Shown here: positions 34,601-37,355 of the stretch, in pieces | How positions within the stretch are numbered: position 1 is the stretch's first letter | Layout of the letters: every line of letters begins with the position of its first letter | Assembly: GCF_001194135.2 (NCBI RefSeq) | Contig: NC_068989.1 | Coordinates: 59,850,904 to 59,888,258 of the forward strand | Direction of reading: 5' to 3' | DNA length: 37,355 nucleotides | Source: Octopus bimaculoides | Taxonomy: Eukaryota | Position numbers and translations under genes: made by a program | Notes under the pieces: model-generated | What the model saw: only the letters and a program-made list of their open reading frames with translations | The model's database searches: none | What the model was told of the DNA's origin: nothing

Positions 34601-36710
34601 TTTCATTTAAGTTTGAAAATAATAGAAAATTTAGTAAGACAACTTTGTCGCTATTAGGCTGGAGTTTGGAACATAAATTAACATAATATTTTGATGAACA
34701 CTTTTAACATAGTTCACTTCAAAACAAGAAATTTGTATCATAGGACAAGAGGGTGGTCTCAGTGGGGTTGATAACAAAAGTGTTAAGCAACAGTCTGAGC
34801 AACAGATCCAGTAGTCAGGAATTAAAGATCAAAATTTAGTCAAGTTTAGAAATAGACAAGAATGTCAACTGTAGATAATTGCAGACAATTGAATGAAATG
34901 CTGTCAATATGAGACAACAGACATCAAAGATAAGGGAAAACAGTCAGCAAGCAAATCTCAGTATAAATAACTCATTTTAAAAATACAATATTATTACTAT
35001 TGCCACCACCATCATCATCATTTAACACCTATTTTCTATGCTGGTATAGAGTGGATGGTTTGACAGAATCTGATGAGTAGGTGGGTGGGAGTGTTGTGCT
35101 TAATGTCTGCTTTAAGCATGATTTCTATGGACTATAATAAACTAATTAGTAATCCATTCTATTGGAAAAGTAAATTTCTCAACTGTTTGCAATAATCAAG
35201 AATCAAAGGAAAGCGTAAGAAAAAAACACTTTTAATGACCTGAACAATGCCATTTTCCAATCCGGCAGCAAAGCGGAAATATCCCGAACTCTGTGGACAA
35301 AACTGAACATCACGAACACTTTCTTTGGCTGAAAATGTTGTGCTCACATCTTTCCGTCTGATGTCCTGTAAAGATAATAAAATCCTTGATATAGATATAA
35401 CAGAAATATATAATCAGAGACGAAATTCAGTTGAATGAAAGAAAAGGGTTCTGAAATAATTACTACATGGAGAAGGCCTCTAAAATAATTATAGAAGATT
35501 ATTGAATTTACATGGATATAATTTTATAATCAATTATCATATTACATGCATTTTCAATAGCGTGTGAAATGATTAGGATAAACAGGTGAAGAAGCAGTAA
35601 TGGCCTTACGAATATTTTCATATCTCCATCTTGAGAACCACTGAGGAGAAGGGCAGGTTCTTTGTTATGAAATGTAACTCTGTGAACAGTTCTTTTGTGT
35701 GACATATAAACATGATCTGTAAGGAGAAAGATTAATCGTGGTGAATGTATACAACATAAAACTCTAGATACACATCTTTTGAAAATATTTATGTATTTTA
35801 TTTAAAAGAATATATAGAAATTTATTTGTTATTAAATAATAAAATTAACCATTTTGTTACCACATTTCTTTTGAAACACACTACCTTTGTTTTAATCAGT
35901 TTTAAAAACAACGAACAATTTAGTGAAACAACTTAGCCATATTAAGCTGGTGTTTGGAACAGAATTTAATAAGAAATGTTGATGAAAGGTTTTAATTTAG
36001 ATCACTTTGAAATTCTATATTACAGGAACAGGAGTGGTCTAAGACAGGTTGGTATAAAAAGAGTTAACCAGGTGAGAAACAGTTGTAAGGAAGAGAGAGA
36101 AACAAAAGTAGCAGATAAGAAAATTTAATCAATTGTAGTGAATACAATGTAGTTTTAACAAACATTCTAAAAAGTTCAGTTTCTTCCATTTTTGGTCTCT
36201 CTTCTATAATGGTGTTGTCATTAAATTATCCTAATTCTCCTTCATAAGTATCTCCATTGTTTTAGTTTTCAAATAAAATGTTGTTGTTATGATGTCTGTT
36301 TCAGTATTAAGACAGTATTTGGTAAAAAGTACATTTTCCTTCCACTACACACTCATTTTCTGTCAATCCCACTCTCATATGCTTTAAATATATTTTGAAA
36401 TACTTTAAGCCTGTAGTTTCAACAATGTGAATTTTAAACAGTAAATATTGTAGCAGTTAAGTTAAAGTGACATGGAGAAGACAATAAAGTATATAAAGAG
36501 ATAAAAATCTGATTGATGTTGTTTCCAACTGATTTTTACAGCATGAAATATTTTTAATGATGCTTTAGTCTTCAGATTATTAACTTTTGTTAAAAAGTGA
36601 GATAAGAAAATAAGGAAAAAGCCAACACTTACAGAGCTTAGAACGGGAGGATTTCTGTAAATCCCAAACTACAACAGAACTATTGGTTGCTGCAGAAGCT
36701 ATCTTGTTTT
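14184..36710 (-). CDS. WDR24: WDR24 (GATOR2 complex WD-repeat protein), 5'-partial spliced gene: join of 36633-36710, 35610-35716, 35240-35365, 34387-34518, 32761-32959, 32289-32513, 29034-29146, 27328-27444, 26465-26588, 24961-25038, 23207-23373, 20420-20677, 18252-18354, 16762-16954, 14184-14319
   Basis: All 14 junctions have compatible phases; total 2156 nt = 2 + 718 codons including TGA. Motifs match WDR24 as I recall it: [71 protein letters not shown] and C-terminal [17 protein letters not shown]...CP.GCGH.CEYS*. The first ~85 aa are not in the window. Confidence 0.95.
15257..16485. mobile_element. Rearranged RTE-like LINE remnant in the last WDR24 intron
   Basis: 15257-15530 minus: ORF2 C-terminus (RLFG.IAQF..LDPAY...[15 protein letters not shown]) with ACCTGACCTGA tail. 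About 15600-16140 plus: linker/RT start ([48 protein letters not shown]). 16413-16485 plus: second copy of the 3' end. Confidence 0.7.
16762..16954 (-). CDS. WDR24: WDR24 exon, 193 nt: [18 protein letters not shown]...CHRCNK...[15 protein letters not shown](C), zinc finger
   Basis: tttttcAG acceptor, TG|GTAAGT donor; CxxC pairs present. Confidence 0.95.
17063..17660 (-). mobile_element. tRNA-headed SINE with RTE-like (GAT)n tail, host to a nested SINE
   Basis: Plus strand reads CATCATCATTTAAAGTCCACTTTTCC...AGAAGACACTTGCCCAA...GGAAGCAAGCATCTTAGCCACAC; same family as 19063-19475, 28566-28970 and 26700-27045. Confidence 0.7.
17275..17506 (-). mobile_element. Full-length tRNA-derived SINE with 14-bp TSD
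   Basis: TTCTGTCAATTTTC at 17261-17274 and 17507-17520; head GGCGGTGAGCTGGCAGAAACGTTAGC, B-box GAGTTCAAATCCC; same family as the 6.5-7.3 kb cluster. Confidence 0.85.
18252..18354 (-). CDS. WDR24: WDR24 exon, 103 nt: [34 protein letters not shown](E)
   Basis: Acceptor tcttattcAAG|GAG (tandem; alternative start 18351), GTATGT donor; resembles human GDVQMAVSVLIVLGERVR...W..SYI. Confidence 0.88.
19063..19475 (-). mobile_element. tRNA-headed SINE with RTE-like tail
   Basis: CATCATCATC tail through CAAATCCATTCACAAGGCTTTGG to the head remnant; homologous to 28566-28970. Confidence 0.7.
19724..20103. mobile_element. Tc1/mariner (Tigger/pogo-like) MITE
   Basis: TA|CAGTAATCCCTTGGCTAT...ATGGCGAGTGATTACTG|TA: terminal inverted repeats plus TA target duplication. 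Confidence 0.75.
20420..20677 (-). CDS. WDR24: WDR24 exon, 258 nt: [16 protein letters not shown]...[18 protein letters not shown]
   Basis: ttccaacAG acceptor, GAA|GTAAGT donor; LP.EAF..RHE motif. Confidence 0.93.
21431..22820 (+). mobile_element. Internally deleted Ty3/Gypsy LTR retrotransposon
   Basis: LTRs 21431-21642 and 22619-22820, both starting TGTTGTGG. PBS-like TGGCGAC at 21644, PPT AAAAAGGGGAGA at 22607-22618, TSD GTAAT at 21426-21430 and 22821-22825. The interior has only integrase remnants ([38 protein letters not shown]). Confidence 0.88.
23207..23373 (-). CDS. WDR24: WDR24 exon, 167 nt: [55 protein letters not shown]
   Basis: poly-T-ctacAG acceptor; acidic linker with DFFFGEG resembling human DYLLGD. 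Donor CAT|GTTTGT chosen for phase 0, so the 3' boundary is less certain. Confidence 0.78.
23392..24673 (+). mobile_element. Non-autonomous Helitron-like element
   Basis: A|TC start followed by TATATAAAA and (GT)n; 3' hairpin CTCGA-GCAATG-CCGAG, 8 nt, then CTAG|T; no TSD; internal 168-bp tandem duplication. Confidence 0.6.
23901..24224. repeat. Two diverged 168-bp tandem units within the Helitron-like element
   Basis: CCCAACCACG...GCTGCATGCAGAA...TTTGGGAGCTGAGTT...GCTGTTTACACAAAG.AGTGCACAGTT.AGCCA at 23901 and 24069. Confidence 0.85.
24961..25038 (-). CDS. WDR24: WDR24 exon, 78 nt, phase 1-1: [25 protein letters not shown](G)
   Basis: ttttacAG acceptor, G|GTGCGT donor, open frame, compatible phases. 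Low-complexity region with no recognisable homology. Confidence 0.75.
25545..25645. other. Assembly gap (N run) flanked by (TA)n/(GA)n and an RTE tail stub
   Basis: 101 N; left flank ATCGTTTAACGTCCGCTTTCCATGCTA is the same RTE tail seen at 7769-7795. Confidence 0.95.
25940..26405 (+). mobile_element. Decayed RTE LINE 3' fragment
   Basis: VKDRLYAAF...[26 protein letters not shown], then tail CCCATGCAAGCATGGAAAAG...GATG. Confidence 0.7.
26465..26588 (-). CDS. WDR24: WDR24 exon, 124 nt: [41 protein letters not shown](I)
   Basis: ttctgtAG acceptor, GTAAGT donor; resembles human VAQTWTMLRIIY. Confidence 0.9.
26700..27045 (+). mobile_element. Decayed SINE (same family as 28566-28970, opposite orientation) with internal (GT)n
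   Basis: GACCAAAGCCATGTGAGTGGATTTGGGAGATGGAAACTGAAA...(GT)n...GGAAGGGCAAGCATCCAGCTGTAAAA...TCCATGCTTG. Confidence 0.6.
27328..27444 (-). CDS. WDR24: WDR24 exon, 117 nt: [39 protein letters not shown]
   Basis: ctttccAG acceptor, CAG|GTAAAT donor, phase 0-0. Confidence 0.95.
27730..28110 (+). mobile_element. Full-length young tRNA-derived SINE with 14-bp TSD
   Basis: AATTCTTTAGGCTA at 27716-27729 and 28111-28124; A-box TGGCCCAGTGG, B-box GGTTTCGATTCCC; sits in the tail of another SINE. Confidence 0.9.
28125..28520 (-). mobile_element. Two adjacent decayed SINEs of the 17275-17506 family
   Basis: Two successive GATTACATCAACCC...GAAAGGCAAAA...GAA(T/C)TCAG...GC(C/T)AGCT...GCCT units. Confidence 0.7.
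28566..28970 (-). mobile_element. tRNA-headed SINE with RTE-like tail
   Basis: Homologous along its length to 19063-19475. Confidence 0.7.
29034..29146 (-). CDS. WDR24: WDR24 exon, 113 nt: [37 protein letters not shown]
   Basis: ctttcAG acceptor, GTAAGT donor; supplies the phase 1-to-0 bridge that the neighbouring exons require. Only weak similarity to human LDPAEPF...SALSVF. Confidence 0.8.
29237..31318. mobile_element. RTE LINE region: minus-strand 3' end (29237-~29610) abutting a plus-strand 5'-truncated ORF2 and long 3' UTR (29612-31318)
   Basis: Plus: [15 protein letters not shown]...[54 protein letters not shown]; UTR runs into the N-gap. Minus: (CAT)n tail family. Confidence 0.8.
31319..31457. 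other. Assembly gap (N run)
   Basis: 139 N. Confidence 0.95.
32289..32513 (-). CDS. WDR24: WDR24 exon, 225 nt: [30 protein letters not shown]...EPTNQFY(F)
   Basis: tttcAG acceptor, GTAAGT donor, phase 1-1; ORF 32179-32523. Confidence 0.92.
32761..32959 (-). CDS. WDR24: WDR24 exon, 199 nt: VWDMPTKK...[11 protein letters not shown]...[21 protein letters not shown](G)
   Basis: aatcAG acceptor, GTATGT donor; ORF 32753-33019. Confidence 0.95.
33892..34352. repeat. 116-bp direct repeat, 345 bp apart, in the GC-AG intron
   Basis: 33892-34007 vs 34237-34352 (ATGACTCTG...TTAACTCCTCTTTATACACAC.ACTGAAAGGCCATT...TTTGACAGGATGAAAAACTAACT). Confidence 0.85.
34387..34518 (-). CDS. WDR24: WDR24 exon, 132 nt: [46 protein letters not shown] donor
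   Basis: caaatAG acceptor; the only in-frame donor is AAA|GCAAGT. WD40 repeat sequence. Not in the ORF track. Confidence 0.9.
34548..34786. mobile_element. TTAA-type MITE, copy 2
   Basis: GTAACCCTTCTGTTACC...GATAACAAAAGTGTTAA; homologous to 35845-36067. Confidence 0.6.
35240..35365 (-). CDS. WDR24: WDR24 exon, 126 nt: [42 protein letters not shown]
   Basis: tttacAG acceptor, CAG|GTCATT donor, phase 0-0. Confidence 0.95.
35610..35716 (-). CDS. WDR24: WDR24 exon, 107 nt: [35 protein letters not shown]
   Basis: ccttacAG acceptor, GTAAGG donor; overlaps ORF 35508-35705. Confidence 0.95.
35845..36067. mobile_element. TTAA-type MITE, copy 3
   Basis: TTAA|CCATTTTGTTACC...GGTATAAAAAGAG|TTAA, with TTAA at both ends. 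Confidence 0.65.
36633..36710 (-). CDS. WDR24: WDR24 exon, 78 nt, phase 1-1: (E)[25 protein letters not shown](Y)
   Basis: ttttctcAG acceptor, GTAAGT donor; aligns with human ENLLATAATNGVVVTWNL..SRNK as recalled. Not in the ORF track. Confidence 0.9.
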
Positions 36711-37186
36711 CTGAGAAAAGAGAATATATTGATCAATTCTTGTATTACCAAGCAACATAGGCTGGGAAAAACCTAATATTCTTATACAGTTCAACTATTT
36801 TCTGTTAGTTTCTATTAATTACATGTATACACAATCAAAAATTGCAGCTGTTTTAATTCCTTTATAGTTGTAGGATTTCAACTGAATTTATTTCATTTTG
36901 TTAAATATTTGAAACACTTGTTTTTAGAGGTTAAAGTAAGAAACAAAGGGCCAGAACAGAACTGGTTTATTGCTGTAGGGGAGCTATGATTACAAAAATT
37001 ATAGTTTAAAACAATTGCATACTGAGAAAAGCCACAAACATACAAAGAATTGTTTGAGTTCTAATTCAATATTTTCAATGAAATTTCAATTTGAACATCC
37101 ACAAAGACAAATAATCAAACAAAAATCTGAATCCAAGAAACATTGGTGTTCTTTGAATACAATATATAAATACTACTTAAATCTGT

Positions 37187-37330
37187 AATAATGGTTTCAA
37201 ATTTTAGTAGAAGCTCAGAAGAGGGGGTAAGTCGATTATATCAATGCCAGCGTTCAACTGGTACTTATTTTATCACCCTCAAGAGGGACGAAAGGCAAAG
37301 TCCACCTGCGGAGTCACTATCAGAACTAGA
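37187..37330 (-). mobile_element. Decayed SINE of the 17275-17506 family
   Basis: TAATAATGGTTTCAAATTTT...CTGGTACTTATTTTATC...GAAAGGCAAAGTCCACCT. Confidence 0.65.
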
Positions 37331-37355
37331 GGAGAAGTTTCAGGTGTGGAAGCAA

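Noticed and set aside
36713-37355. Next upstream WDR24 exon
   Set aside because: No frame resembling the expected N-terminal WD sequence with a phase-1 donor; it probably lies outside the window.

Overview
AT-rich, repeat-dense animal genomic DNA with two N-gaps. The repeat inventory looks like a coleoid cephalopod, most likely Octopus; this is an inference from remembered repeat families, not a search. The only host gene I can reconstruct is WDR24 (GATOR2 subunit, mTORC1 amino-acid sensing) on the minus strand. It has 15 coding exons between 14184 and 36710 that splice in frame into 718 aa plus stop (2156 nt); the N-terminal exon(s) lie beyond the right edge. One intron needs a GC donor and one has a tandem AAG/GAG acceptor. 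The introns and the left 14 kb hold decayed mobile elements: a Penelope-like element (RT + GIY-YIG) with an inverted 5' part, a tRNA-Ile-like module and a hammerhead-like core; a CRE-clade LINE remnant; RTE-type LINE fragments; an internally deleted Ty3/Gypsy element with both LTRs, PBS, PPT and TSD; a Helitron-like element; TA- and TTAA-flanked MITEs; and several tRNA-derived SINE families, some nested with exact 14-bp TSDs. A possible promoter and first exon of a second, leftward gene lies near 2.3-2.45 kb. There is no CRISPR array, rRNA, functional tRNA or prokaryotic sequence. The best leads are the tRNA-like/hammerhead cassette in the Penelope terminus, a WDR24 codon that A-to-I editing would return to the conserved Gly, and transposon-made splice and dsRNA structures in the WDR24 pre-mRNA. 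All coordinates and alignments were done by eye.
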